Source of the DNA: Rhodosorus marinus CCMP1338
Lineage: Eukaryota; Plantae; Rhodophyta
Assembly: GCA_029953675.1 (NCBI GenBank)
Contig: JAMWBK010000005.1
Coordinates: 1,116,001 to 1,180,000 of the forward strand
Direction: 5' to 3'
DNA: 64,000 nucleotides
The notes beneath the pieces were generated by a model, which was not told where the DNA came from, did not search any database, and worked only from the letters and a program-made list of their open reading frames with translations. Made by a program: the position numbers and the translations under genes. How positions within the stretch are numbered: the first letter of the stretch is position 1; every line of letters begins with the position of its first letter. Positions 1-13,941 of this stretch are shown in pieces.

Positions 1-1384
1 CCTTCCATAATGTTTTGCTCATTCCATCGCCAATTGTTTTTAATCAACTGGAAAATAGAGAAAGAAGCGAAGAATCGACGAGGCTTTAAGCTCGTTCAAG
101 AACGTGAAGCCAACCTTGGTTATTGCGAAACGACCAGATGCGAATCAACCCAGGGCACCCGGTCAACCGGAGAAGCACGGAGCAACTCCCAACGATGCAA
201 GCCGTGTGCGGAAAGCTCCTTCTGAAGGGGTATCCGATGTGCCCTCCCAGACAGCGAAAGTCGCAAAAGTTATGTACAGCTAAATTCGTATGTAGATCCT
301 GCAGTGGACCCGGTAGCCCTCTGTGCGGCGAGCTTCATTTCGGAAGTCGGCATCGCAACCTGGGAGACGCGAGGGAAAACTGGTAGTCCTGATTGATATT
401 TAAAGAAAACGGAACAAAACCGTGCGACTCGACAAGACCGCAGCACTCGGACCTTCGAGATGGTTCAATGCGAGCATGGGATGGATTTCGCTCCGATCCT
501 AAGCAATATGAAAGCTCTCTCGTGCCTCTGCGCATTTCGTTGCTTCAGCACGTTCAAGCATCAATTTCGTTCGACGCGGTCTGGGCGCCATCCAGGGGAC
601 ACTACTCAGTCCCACAGGCGGAGCTCCTCAGTGGAGTCTCTTTCCGTCCTGGATTCCTCGCTGAAATTCGGAAGAGGAGGCAAAGAGACCTAGCGAACGT
701 TGCGGCATATCCTTTGTCTTGCTTACCCGACAGCACAGCCAGAGAATCATTCAGAGACCCCATCCACTCCCGTGCCTGCGCAAACTGAACGAACGAACTG
801 CCCACTTCATCTCAGCATGGCCGACTTGCTGAAATTCATGGTCCGCGCAAGGCTAGCGCCAGTACTCTGCGTATTCACGCATCATCTTGCTCTGTGCCAG
901 CGACATCGACTTTGCGGAAAATCTTGCTGCCGCTGCAGTAGCTCTCTCCATTTCTGATCGGAAAGCTTCTTGATTTTTTTAGGTTTGGTTTTGAAGAGCC
1001 TTCTCGCCATTCAAGCTTCCTGAATTCTTCATGCTAGGTATCAGAAATCCACTAAACACACAAGATAGCGGTGGTGCGTTCAGTTCAGCGGGATGAACTC
1101 GTCCGCTCGTACGTTGTCGCAGAGCAATTTTTACCGACGAGTTGGCAATTAAAAGAAGAATGATGATCACAATTGGACTCTTTAAACGCCGTTAAATCAG
1201 TTCTACTGAACACACAGCACCCATAGGGACGTCTTGAGACCCTGAAGTATACTGTGCTAGTTCCCCCCCGACCCTTCCTCCTCGAACGGATAAAGTTTGG
1301 AGATTGTCAGCAGTAGCTCGGGGGTCCTGCACAAGCCCGGAAAGCGGAGTTTTGCTTTTCGCAGAGTGGTTTGGTCAGCTCAAT

Positions 1385-1964
1385 ATGAATTCTTTGCTTC
1401 TGAGACGAATACCGAAAAGGTTGTTCCATTCTTGTCGTCCTCGAATGCACGGGGGTTATGATGTCAGCAAGGTCGATCCGGCGACAGCGGTGGAGATGGA
1501 GTTTGTTGATCGGGATGGGTCAAAGAGGACAGTCTTAGCACCTGAAGGGGCCTCAGTGCTTGATGTAGCACATGCGAACGATATCGAACTTGAAGGTGCG
1601 TGTGAAGGTTCGTTGGCTTGCTCGACCTGTCATGTATATGTGGACGAGGATACTTACGGCAAATTGGATGAGCCTACCGACGATGAAAACGATATGCTGG
1701 ATCTGGCTTTTGCGTTGAAGGAAAAGTAAGCACGTAACATATCTGAAGACTCGCATCAAAGCGCACATGATCAACTTGCCATTCTTTGCGCTACTATCTA
1801 CTTCCCCGCTGAACCCCGATAAATCTCACACTCTGTCGCCCTATAGCTCCAGATTAGGATGCCAAGTGGTGGCCGATAGGAAGACAACGGAAAAGATGGA
1901 GATAACTCTCCCACAGGCAACAAGAAACATGGCCGTTGATGGCTATGTCGCGAAACCTCACTAA
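1385..1964 (+). CDS. FDX2: Mitochondrial [2Fe-2S] ferredoxin (adrenodoxin/Yah1 type), 2 exons (1385-1725, 1847-1964)
   Basis: LEGACEGSLACSTCHV motif and EENDMLDLAF-like segment. GT-AG intron 1726-1846 restores LKENSRLGCQ. Arg-rich N-terminal presequence. Confidence 0.95.
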
Positions 1965-4334
1965 CTGAACACCGATCAAAAACAAGAACCCTACTGTGAA
2001 TAAGAGGATGGTTCCATCACTGGACCCTTGGTGTAAATGAGCTCGTTTTTAACTTCAGAATAGAGGAAAACGATAACTTAGTGTAAAAGAACTCTACAGT
2101 ACAAAGTTAGAAGCAGATAATTCCAACGAATCGCTGTCATACCCCTCCTCTGCATCCCCCTAAATGCTCACCTGACGAAGAAAGGACATCAACAGTGCAA
2201 TGAACGGTATCGATCATTTGTTAAACTTCACCCACCCCTTATTCCTCTCCATTAACAAATTCGAAGTAACATCTTACCCACCCTAGGTTGATTCATTACT
2301 TTGAATGCAAGGAGACCAGAGGATGGTTTTCTTATTTGCATATCGTCAAAAAATTATCCAGGGGTTATTGCCTACCCTAGTGAAATTATTTAATCATGTT
2401 CTGGTTCTGGTCGGCGACCAGATAGCAAGGGCAAGTTGATGATGGAGTGGTTGCAGACGCTTGTTTCCTCAGGAAGGGCTATGAAAGCACTAGGTTAAGA
2501 GCGCTATTCTACCCGCAGATGGTTTCCTGGACTGTCAGATAAAAAGGAAGGCGGCGGAGATACAAAGCGGGCGTTTGACTGATGCCGGCGGTTGGGAAAG
2601 GCTTCGAGCCTTGGCTTTGAAACGGCGTTCCCCGCTATTCAGGTTCCGAGCCTGTCTTTGGGGATCCGCAGGAACTGGACCGACGAAGGTGATGGAAACT
2701 GGACGGAGACATGAGTCAAATCGTCCACACAACAGAGCAAGTCGAGGGCTAGCATTATTTGTCCGGACCTCTGAAGGACACTTGCGATCGAAACGTTGGC
2801 AGTTAGCACGTCCGGAGAAGATATGCTCTTCATCTCCAACGCCGTTCAATGTACGTGAAGCATCAGCCTCGATCACTACTTCCAATACCGCCGAAGACTA
2901 CTGGCAAGCGGAAGTTCAGTGAGACTGTGTCAATGGGCTGGTGGTTGAGGAAAGCTTGGCAGAATCCGGGAGCAGCTCTACGTCAGGTAGATTCTTGTCC
3001 CATCATGTGGCACGCCGAGAAAAGCCAGTGGGCCGGAATCGGAATATGGGCATGCCTAACGGAACCGCTCCAAAAATCTTTAGTTTGTTCCCTTCATCTT
3101 CCAGTGATTTAGCTTAGGTGATAGTGCAAGTCCCCGTTGCCTTCGTTTTTCTCTTTCGTACCGACCCAGGGCGTCTTGACAGCCTCCTCACGAAGCTATC
3201 TTTGAGGCTCTCTGGCGTTCAAAACGCTGCATTATTCTCGGACACGACTCATCAGCGTGTTGTTTCCCCGCTTCTTCAGGGTAGGGTTCGGCTCTGAATA
3301 AACCCGGCTGATGACAAAAAAACCCTACAATTCTGAGCTAAAATCGACGATTTGGAATAAAACCCGAGTTTATAACTTGATATCAGATGAAATACATAAA
3401 AACCAATTCACCGAAACTCGGGAAATATGGTCTTTTACCGGATTGTTTTGCTAAAAAAGACCTGCCGTTGAAGTTTTGCCTCCTTCCAGAAAGTGTCATT
3501 TCCTTGTCCGTTGAGGATGTGTTTTTTGGTGAGTTGGGTTTTTTTAATAAGACAAGATATGCAGTTTGTTGATGGTAAGCAAATCCGCTTCCTCTTCATC
3601 AGTTCGAAGTCGAAGCAGCTAGGCTAGCTGCAAGGACGTTTTCAACGCAGAGGACTCTTTTGTCATCAGCATTCGGATTGGGTAAGTTACTTTGTCTCGT
3701 GGAAGTAACTTTTTTTTGTTTTCGAGTAACGAGCAATTCAGGCAAACGTCTCAAGACGTTTTCGGGACTTTTCCAAACGCCGAGGGAAAAAAAAAGCTGG
3801 CAGTGGGTTTCGTTGTTCTTTTTGAGGAGGAGGCTGGTGACGTTATCAAAAGGGACGCCATTTTTTTTGGTCTCAAAGAAGACGGATTTCGGACGGCTTT
3901 TTTTTTGGCAAGACGAGAGGGTAAGTGCTCCATAGGGGCATGAAGAAGCTCTTTTTCTAAGAATGCTTCCTGTTGGATAGTTCACATTCAAGGCTTTTCT
4001 GTTGAAAACGGGGTTGTGGTAGGTGATGGGATTGCTGTGGAGGGAAATGGTATGTTTTGTAGCCTTTCTAAGCTTGGCTTTTCTTTGTTGTGTGTAAAGG
4101 AGAGCGTTGTGTTTTGGAAGTGTTATGGGAACCTCGTCCGAATGAGCTGACGGAGCTTGTTGATGGGATGATTGTATTGGCTGAGTGATATGGAAAGAGG
4201 AAACAAGATTGGTGACTGCTGAGAAAATGTGAGTGGAGGTTTTCAGATATGCGCTGAAAGCCTGGGTGATATCGTATGGAGTATCTATTGTCGCTAGTCC
4301 TCTTGTGTTTCTTCTCCGTTTTCTGACTTTTTAG

Positions 4335-6617
4335 TGTTTCTGGTCCACTGTGTTTGGCTTCAGGAGTCACTCTGCGCCGGTGGCGTCCTCTGCAGCTTCG
4401 GGGGCGAAGGGTAATTGGCTGAGTTCGTTGACGAAGCGAGGTATTGGGAAGGCTTCAGGAAAACAGCCCCGAGTAGCTGCAGCTGAACGGCTGTCAAAAC
4501 CAGGAGATTCCAACAATCCTCTCAAGGTAAGATCCTTTACACAGAATTGCTGCTTTCCCTAGCGGTGCTCTTTTGAACGGATTTGAACTGATCGTAGTTT
4601 TTCAACCGAACGTTAGAAGAATCCTGCAAGCGATAAAAGCGATGCAAAATGCCCCTCACCGTGGTTTCTCTCTGATCCGGTACAGTGGGAAAATTGTGTA
4701 GACCTGGAGGAGGCACAGTCTCCTCGAATGGCTATTATACCGTACAGTGCAGTTGAGTGCATGTATATAGTTATTAAGGGTACGGGTGTTATTCATATTT
4801 CCGGTCATGATGCTGGACAAAGCTTAACCGCCATATCGCGTTGTGCGTGTATCTTCAGGAACGCATGCAACGGTAAAGTCTCGCTCTCTGAAGGGAAAGA
4901 CTGCGATGATGTGGATTCCACCCACCATGCAATCCCTAAACTTCAAGTCGGATAGATCTGAGGTGTCTATGCAGTTCCAAGACGTTGAATCAATCAAGTC
5001 GTTCGAAAAATCTATTTCGTTCAATACGTCACAAGGTTCTGAGGCTGTGAGCATCACGTTCCCAAACCGCGAAGGATCGCTCACCTGGATGCAGGCGTTC
5101 CTGGCGCTTGTTCCAAGGAGTGCAAAGGTCTGGTTTCTTGGATTTTTCGCCTTGTTTGTTTATCCTAGTACCTTGCACTGGGACTTCTCCCCTTCGTTCT
5201 CTTTCCTAATGCCCTCGTCGAATGCAATACTTTCAGGTGAGGTCTCGAACGCTGAAGAGCAGTGATGAAAAGCGGCTCTCGTACAACCTTTTTGAAGACG
5301 TTTGGGGAGGGAAAAAGCTCTATGAAAGGCCTGTGGTTCTCGGATATGTGCTTCTCGGGACGATTGGAAAAGGTGGCTTTAGTCGCGTGCGCCTGACGCT
5401 AAATCTGGAGGACAAGTGTTTCTATGCGGTTAAAATAATATCTAAATCTGTGAGCATCGACTCGTCCGACTCTGAAGGAGTGCGGTACCCCAACTGAACG
5501 TCTGTCTTGTGCGCTTTCATCCCGTGGTTGTAGGTCTTGAAGCGACATCAAGCAGGAAACTCATCGGCGGAAAAGGGAACCACTGGTGTATCTTCAAAGG
5601 AGATGAACAGCGTTGAGTTCACGATAATGAAGGTTCTCGACCACCAGAACGTCGTCAAGTATAGAGAAATACACAGGCCCAAGGATTCGGATAGCATATA
5701 CATTTTTCAGGAGTACATCCCATGTGGATCCGTCATGACAAGCTCTTGCGTTGAAGGGGCGAAGACGCTGACGGAAGAAAGGTAGCAACAGCGAAGCAGA
5801 CAATCTGACAGTAATGGTCTTATGCTGATGAAGCCATGCTGGCTTTGTGAACTACTCAACAGGACGCGCGAGCTGACAAGAATGGTGTTAAATGGACTGC
5901 ACTACCTGCACGACAAGAATATAGCACACCTCGATATTAAACCGGAGAATCTGTTGACCCTCGCCGATGGGAGCGTGAAAATAGCTGATTTCGGCAACGC
6001 CGAAATGTACAAGGAAGGGATTGAGACAGGTGCCCGAGACAGGTAGGATTACCGCGACTTCTATATATAAACGGAACGAACCCACATTTAGCTCCGTGTT
6101 GATTCAAACTTCATTCTGAGCTTTTGTAGATGCGCAATCGTGCTTTGTGTGCTGACTACCGCCTCCTTTTCTCTTCTTCTTCTTTGACACTGACAGAACG
6201 ACGATTGGAACTCCTGCGTTCGCGGCGCCAGAACTATGTTTATCAGAGCACGCTCCTCCTGGGCCGCCCGAAGCTTACGCGGCTGACGTATGGTCGCTGG
6301 GCGCAACCCTTTATTACATGGTTTTCGGAAAAGTACCTTTCACGGCAAGCAAAGTGTTTGACATGTACGATAGAATCTGCTGTTCTGAGCTGAAGTTTCC
6401 CTCCAGTCCGGTGACGAGCAAGGAATTCCAGGAGGTGGTTAGCGGGATGATGACCAAGGATCCGTTCAAGAGAATGTCACTGGAAGATGTAGAAAATTCT
6501 TCATGGTTTTGCGAAGACGATGCCCAGCTTGCGCGTTTTCTTTCTCAGCAAACCAACTTGTCGTCTCGTTCTGGTGCAAGCAGTCGTTTAATCTCCCGAA
6601 TCAACTTTGAGAGGTGA
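4335..6617 (+). CDS. Multi-exon Ser/Thr kinase, CAMKK/GRIK-like, with an N-terminal PH-like domain; start codon not resolved
   Basis: Spliced kinase motifs [47 protein letters not shown]. Upstream exons give [10 protein letters not shown]...[12 protein letters not shown], which is PH-like. GT-AG boundaries near 4529, 4780, 5128, 5449, 5782. Confidence 0.85.
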
Positions 6618-7247
6618 TGTTAGTTTTCATTATTGTTCCCCACGAGGATGCATATTCAACACGTGTTATTTTGTACAGATTCGTTGAGGTAGAATTCCAG
6701 TATTGCCTATTTGTATACGCCACAATGAACTTATTGTAAAAGAATATTTCTCAAATCGTACATCGATGCAGTCCTAGAAGCGCAAGGTTGTCTCATTTCC
6801 AAATCCACTTTTTTTGGCTTTGATTTCTCGCTCAAAGATCCGATCGCTTCGGGTGGTTTCGGGAAGAGGACACGAAGCTTACGCACTCTGATTCTCTAGC
6901 AAAATATTCCCAAATGTTAACCCTCCCAAACAGGTCTCCCCTTCTAAATGCAGGTCCAAGCCCTAACCAACCTATCAAACAGATTCACTCTACCAACACA
7001 TGTGGCGACCGACAATTGACGAAAAAAACAACAACGAATCAATCGTACAAACGGCAAATCCTATTTTCCCTAATTTTAAGCCCATCTATAAATTTATTTA
7101 TTTTTCAGCCTCTCATCTCATTGAATTCCAGGCAATTTATTGCGAAAATCATACTCAACCGAACACGTCGGACACCGGGTTTTCTCTGATCCAATTTATT
7201 CATAAATTCATGAAAAATTGTTTTTCCCCGTTGAGAGTGGACTAAAT

Positions 7248-7955
7248 CTACAAAGATGTCCGTTCACGAAATTGTGTAATAATTTCACAATATAGTAAGC
7301 TTTGCCCTTTTTCCCTTCTATTTGAAACTAAAATAATCATAAGATTTTTTATGTCGTTCTGCATAAAGAATTTCTGGGCGTAAAAAAATTCTTGATTTTC
7401 AGTACTCGTTTTTGGAAGTTGTTTTGCTTCATGAGAAAATGGTCGAATCCTTTTGTGAAGGATGGTGGTCTGCTCCAACATGGTAAACAGGACATTTGTA
7501 CTGGGCCCTATGAGCACGGCGGTTACATCGATTCGCCTACAACATTCGTAGATCGACCATGTCACCTCAGAGGATTCATTGAGGACGTTTTGGCCTCCAG
7601 AGTGAAAATCCTTCTGCCTGGCACTGTATCGTACTTGTCCATCATATTCCTTCCATGATCTACGTATGAGTAACCGCGTTTCAAGCGAAATTCGAGACGT
7701 GTGCCGCTCTGTCAATCGATGATGGAAATTCTTGCCCACCAGAGTGCCGCAAGGGTCCGCAACCCTTTGCGTGACCAGATCATGTAACCCGGTCCCCGCG
7801 CTTTCTAGTAATGGGTGTCTTGCCACATACGAAAGTTCAACACCTGATTTTTCGATGGCTCTGCTCCGTCTTGCAGATACCAAATCACGTAGCCTCCTTT
7901 CCGCTAGTACAGACTTGTACGCGCGGTACGGGATACCAGCAACTCCAGCAGGCAC
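7248..7955 (-). other. 235-codon open frame of unknown nature
   Basis: Long stop-free frame in the ORF track. No recognised motif and no clear splice structure. Confidence 0.25.
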
Positions 7956-10857
7956 GACTGCCTCCTCCCCACGTCTTCAACGTGATCCCACATCTTCACC
8001 GAGCAGCGGACATAATCTGCTTAGTTTTCGCAAAGAATCCGTTTTCCAAAATAATTGCAATAGATTTTCCAACGTAGAAAATAGAGAAAAAGTGAAGGTT
8101 CCTCCAATTCAGAGCAGTCAATAATATCACTGTTCGCCAATTGGAGAAATAAGGTAAAATTACTATTTGACGTCACTTTGATCATTAGGGGGATGTCCAT
8201 TAAAAAAAAAATTTTAACGAAGCTAGCCATGCGGTGGTATCAACTTGGGCTGGTGCTTCAGTTGATTGTAGTGTGGGAGAGGGAGACAGACCTATGCATG
8301 GGCGATGCAATTCGAGCTACTAGAACTGTTGCCTACATCGCAGATCTTTGGCGGTGCTAAGTGGTTCTTTGTTGCATCCATGCGTAATCAGATATTGTTG
8401 ATTGTATGGGTGAGGGTGGTGGTTGCGCGGATCTGTGCACTCAGCTAGCCATGTACAGAGAGCATGCAAGTTACGAAACTTTCGAGGTTAGCGGACATTA
8501 CTCGACCTTCTAGATTTCATGCTGTGAATTCGTGTTTGTGAAACGATAGTGTAAACTAAACACAATCTGGTTGGGCGGAGAAGCTAGGCGAGTTAAAGTT
8601 ACGCGGTTAGGTCCTGTTACATTCCATGCTTTGCGCGTTTGGCGAGACTTCCTGGAAGGAATTGGAATTTACCGAGGCAACGAGACCCGATACGTTGTTA
8701 GTGCTAAACTAGTACCACGTACCATTGTGACTTTTCCCTGATGCTCCCAATAACTGGAACTGGAAAATTGAGCTTCCCCTTGTAGCTTGAGTGTCACCCC
8801 AAAATAGCATGCTAGTAGAAAAAACAGGTCAAAACCAGTCCCCCTTGCAGAAAGATGTATGATACAACACGCAAGTGACGACCGCACAAGCCTGTTGTAG
8901 CAACGTTTCAACGCTCCATTTTGTCCAGAAGCCTCCGGAACTTCCCATCCACCCTGCGAATGGCACCGATTCGGAACAAACTGAAAGCAGTAAAGCGTGC
9001 GAGGACTATTGATCGGCACAACGTGCCCGAACAGCCTCTAGAGCCACACTCTGGATTACTATGACGGGTATGCAGAACCTTGCTGGAAACCACACGACGA
9101 GTTTGACAACGGGCTAGATCCTTTCAACTCTCAATTCGACAGAGCTAAACTTCGTCCTTTTGCATATGAGTCTACGGAAAGTTACACAAAGATAGTCAAA
9201 AAAAGAGGACGAGCGATAGAACACTCATCACACCGACGAGTAGTTATGTGGGAGAAACGGGAAACCAGTTTAGCACGGCAGAAAAGTAACTGAAAAGAAG
9301 ATTTATAGTGAATTTACTTGGGTCAGTCCCCATAGCGCACTTGCGCTCACTTGATTTATCGGCACTCCTGACCGTGCTAAAAGTAGGTACCAGTGACCAG
9401 CTGCGAGTAAGCACATACGTTTTTTATAAAACAAAACTTGAAATCCAATCACGCAGTCCATTCCCCCAACAGGCAAGCGCGCCGAGCAAGTGTGCTTCTC
9501 AGCTCCCAAATTATCACTGCAACAAGCAGAGCTCTCACAACCCAGATGTCTTGGTTGATGCGATTTTTACCGGAGATCTATAACAACCTCACACTATCGC
9601 TTCCCTTCGTATCAGAACGTGAGTTCTAAGCAAATTCCATTCCAACTGTCAGCCCGACAGAAGACGCTCCTTGAGCGCAAGCGCGAACAATTTTCTTTTT
9701 CTCATATAACTCAAGCTGAAGAGCACTACTATACTAAAAGGGGGAGGGATAGATCAATACTACTTCATTATTACCTCCAAATTATTTTACCATAAATAAA
9801 TCTCAATTCTTCTCCGCTCGACGAACACCCCCCCTTCCTCCTTGACGAAATGCACCAATGCTTCGATTACAGCTTGGAACTTAGAGAAAAACCCTTCAAC
9901 AGCAGGGGTACGTGACATCACAGTATTTCAGCAAACCCTTGAAAATACTTTTACCATAAACAATAAAGGTTTCTTCCTTTCTCCTCCTCACAACCCCCCT
10001 TGATGACAAATACAAGGCGCGTCGTCCTTTCTCCGTTCTCTGTGCGTCGTTAGCTGTTCCGCCAGCGGAGAAAAAATTACACTATTGAGGGGGTGTACGA
10101 TATTTACTAGTTCAACAAACCCTGTTTAGTTTTACAAAAAAACTCCAAAAGAAATCAATATCCATTTCTCGAGCTTACCCGTCGAACTTCCTTCTTCCCT
10201 TAAGCTTCGAAATCGCAATGTTGTGGAAATCAGACTAGAATCTTCCATGCCAAATGGATATATGTCAAAATATACCACAAGATGAATAACATGGTTAGGA
10301 GACCCCTTAATTGTTTGCACATCTTCAAGATTTTTGGGCGAGGGGGATCCTCAGGGTTCTTCTAAAAGAAGCCATGAAATATTGAAATAAATAAACCGAA
10401 AGTAGAAATGGTTGGCGTGGGACCTGGAGGGGCTTGGGACAGCGTTTTGAATAGGAGTAGCAATTTACTAGCGTGGTTTTTTTAATTTTTAGTTGTTAAG
10501 TTGGCTATTTGTTCTTTTTGTTTTGTTTTTAGAAAACAATCTAATTGAAGATGAAAAACAAGTCTCGGGGTGTGTTAGAAAGGAAATCGAAAAAAAAAGG
10601 ATGTTTGTTGAACGCGAGCAACATGGGTGGGAAGTACTGACAGACACCGGACACCTGGGAGAGATGAGAGAGAGCCCAGGGCTGTGGTTACACGGAGCAT
10701 TCGATGGATTGGATTGAACGGATAGTAGCTTCTTTTTCGAATTCCGTGCTGACTCGTTGGAGTTGTGCTTGGGGAATATAAGGTCGGCTGGAGTTCAGGT
10801 GATGATCGGAGAGGCGACGATGGATAAGAACAAGAAGGAAGTAGTATCGGGAAAGAT

Positions 10858-11520
10858 ATGCATGATTCTAGGATACGGAACACCAGTAGCTACCCGTGCT
10901 TGTTCCCTGGATGCAGACAGATATTAACCTCGAAGCAGACGTTGAGAGAACATGGAAGGCTTCATACCCGTGAGCAGCCGTATCGCTGTCGATATCGCTG
11001 TGGGAAAACTTTCAAGTGGCGCTCGAGCTTGGCCCATCACGAAAAAACCGTTCATACCGGAAGCCCATCGACGTCAAGTGAACCACAGATATCGAAAGCG
11101 GAAGCGCTGATTGATGCGGAGGTGCGTGAATCCGGGATGGCAATTGTTGATTCTCGAACAGGCGAGTCTACGGATGAGACCCTTTCGTCCCGGACCTTGA
11201 GCAGTTCTTTGCCGAGAATTTATACAGAAGAGAACAGCTCGGACTTAAATTTCGAACCTGCAGTTGCTGAGTGGCTGCAGAGGAATAGAAGCCCGCAATC
11301 GGAGTTGGGCAGGAATGTCGACATTGCTTTCGATGAACTCCTGATTGACACTCCAGTCGGGGCCATGCAAGACTCTCCCGAAGTAGAGGTGAGCTCTCTG
11401 ATGGAAGTAAACAACGAGATCAGTGAGTGGACGGCGGGTGATCTCTGTGAATGTACGATGGATGATCCCGGCGACCCACCACTGCAGCAAAGCGATCATG
11501 AGGACTACGGAAATGACTAG
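10858..11520 (+). CDS. C2H2 zinc-finger protein (2 fingers, acidic C-terminus), probable transcription factor
   Basis: CLFPGC-x12-HGRLH, linker TREQPY, CRYRC-x12-HEKTVH. Intronless 220-aa ORF. Confidence 0.85.
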   Translation: MHDSRIRNTSSYPCLFPGCRQILTSKQTLREHGRLHTREQPYRCRYRCGKTFKWRSSLAHHEKTVHTGSPSTSSEPQISKAEALIDAEVRESGMAIVDSRTGESTDETLSSRTLSSSLPRIYTEENSSDLNFEPAVAEWLQRNRSPQSELGRNVDIAFDELLIDTPVGAMQDSPEVEVSSLMEVNNEISEWTAGDLCECTMDDPGDPPLQQSDHEDYGND

Positions 11521-12488
11521 ATACCTGAACCGGCTATCCACCGTCTTACCAGATACGCGTTCAATGAACTATTCAAGAGTTGGAGAAATAACCCAGAAGG
11601 AAGCATTCAATTGAAGTGGAGAGATTCGCTCAGTCTGTTTTGGGTTAGAAAGGGAAATTTTCCAGACAGGCTGTTTCAATCAGAGCAGTATTCCACAGTC
11701 AATTTCTTAAAAATGATTCAGTAATTGATTGGACTGCCAGAATCGGATCGCTGATCAGTCGGCTTTTACTCGAGGCGCGATTGCGGGCGGCGAGCTTGCA
11801 GATTCTGTTTTGCAGATTACGTGTGGAATTTTATCTATGTAATTAAAGAAATTTTCGTTTTGCACAATGTTGGAGGCTTTGAAGAGTGCTGCTCCCCCAA
11901 CCCGTGGATGATGAACGAAGCCCGCCCCACGCTTGCCACCAAACGGCAAGAGAGGGTGGGAGGATCCGCGCATGGGCGAGAGCACAGTCGCACGTAGGAT
12001 GTGCATGAGAGTTTGTGTTGATCAAATATTTAAACTGCACGCAGCAACTCCAGGCTTCGAGATCCTGCGAGCCCCGGCGATCACATGGCAATGTTGGAGC
12101 TTTGTGTGCGGTTATTGCTCTATACGCTCCAGCGCTTTCGAAGGAATTTTGCTGTTAAGAAGCGCCAAAAAGGTTAACAGTGAACCCAATATCGAGCAAA
12201 GCGCAGACTACCCACTCACGTCGTTGGGTCAATAACCAGCGAGTCCGCAATCACACGAAAAATACCCAGTGGCATTGATGTCGTCACGAGAATCACTTTA
12301 GAAAACCATTGATGTACGCGCATGCGGACCAGACCTGGTTGATGAAGACATTGGCCGGCTCTGCACTGATCCCAACCAAACAAGTACACTTCTGTACTAT
12401 GTACAAAAAAATACTGTTTCATGCTAGCACGAGCGCCGAGAGCCGAGGGAGGGGAGCAGCCGGGTGAGGAGGTTGAATTGGCTTAGCG

Positions 12489-12919
12489 ATGTTGTTCTGT
12501 CCTGTTTGCGGCAATATGTTGCTGATAGAGACGAAACCAACGTATGGTATGCGTTTCTATTGCCAGACTTGTCCGTTTGTCCATAACGTAGAAAACCGAG
12601 TGGAGAAAGGGGTTCAAAATCTTCGTACGAAGAAGGTGGAGGACGTAATCGGAGGAGAAGCTTGGGAAACGGTGAGAAACGAACTAGCTTGTGGACTTTC
12701 AGCGCTTTCCTTACTTTTCGATCTGCGCATATCCCCTAAACCTTAACTTGAGTGAACTTTTTTCGCCATATCCGACAACAGGCTAACGCAACAGAAGCCG
12801 TATGCCCGAAGTGTACTCACGGCAAGGCATACTTTTACGAACTACAAACCCGATCGGCGGATGAGCCAATGACAATCTTTTTCAGGTGCGAGAAATGCGG
12901 GCACCAGTGGTCACAGTAA
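12489..12919 (+). CDS. POLR3K: RNA polymerase III subunit C11 (RPC10/RPC11), 2 exons (12489-12671, 12782-12919)
   Basis: MLFCPVCGNML zinc ribbon. After the intron, CPKCTHGKAYFYELQTRSADEPMTIFFRCEKCGHQW is the TFIIS-like ribbon. Confidence 0.96.
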
Positions 12920-12999
12920 GGACAATTCGCGTGTTTATACTTTGCACAAAGCAAACTTCCGTAACCGCTGTGGGCTGAACACCACGGGCCTTATGAATA

Positions 13000-13460
13000 G
13001 AGAGTAACACTAACAAGTACACGAACCGCAAGATGCGTGCCTACGTTAAATAAGCAACTCAAATTGGTATGCAGCTCTAATGCCGCCGAGTTTTCATCGT
13101 CAACATCGGCACTTTCTGCTGAAGCATACTGACTCGGCGCTTCCCAAGTACAAAGTACTTTGCTTCATCGTAGCCTTTGGAGCTCTGGAAATTGGTTTCC
13201 AGAAGGTGACCAGGAAAACATTGGAATCAGTTGTAATAAGGCAAGTAGATAGGAAAGACCCGAGTATCGAGTGCCTTCGACACGGCGAACAAGCTCGGAA
13301 AGCAGCAGTTCCACGTGGTCCACTTTGGCTCGTGGTTTCAGTTGCTAAAGTGTCTTCGCTGCACTCCTTGCTTTCTGTTATCGACAATGCAGTGGGGTCT
13401 AGGCGTATGCGATCCTCCAGATTCACATATCCAAAAAAGCAATCGCAATACACATTCCTT
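13000..13460 (-). pseudogene. Possible decayed hAT-transposase C-terminal fragment
   Basis: Broken frames give FW..., NQFPELQRL, KVLCT and SAES..FS, loosely matching the hAT dimerisation motif. Frameshifts and stops present. Confidence 0.2.
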
Positions 13461-13941
13461 CAAACAGATAATGGCCGATGCGTACCCTAGGTCGACCTTT
13501 TTTCACCAAAATAAGAATTATTCACTTTAATATTTTGAATTATTGTAATTTATTCTCCGTATAGGTGCCCTGATTATATTCTTTTCTGACTCAGAATTTC
13601 TAGATGGTACCTTTTGTAGAAAAAAGGTGGGGAGCGCTTTAGCCTCCAAGATTCAGCTGTGCCAAAGCAGAATCTTGGAGGCTAATGCTCTCATCAGTGA
13701 AGTCGTTGAGAATTTTAAGCAAGTTAGCTGATGAAGACAGTATTATGCCCTGCGTGGGCGCCGCTAGAGCGTCCCCTACCCGCCGGATTCCTAAACGAAC
13801 CCCTAACGAACCCCTAACGAACAGCTCTTGAGCTGAGCTCGGCTGGAAGTGCTCATGCTTTGGACTGGGCACTTTGGTTTGCCTTGGAGGCGGTTGTGGG
13901 CACGACCTGGACTTCTTTTGAATGGAAGCAGAGAAGAGAGG

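Noticed and set aside
7732-8124. RT-like RVPQGS motif
   Set aside because: No other reverse-transcriptase motifs in any frame.
13791-13823. Telomere-like repeat (ACGAACCCCTA)x2.5
   Set aside because: Too few copies, internal position, and no match to a telomere unit I can support.
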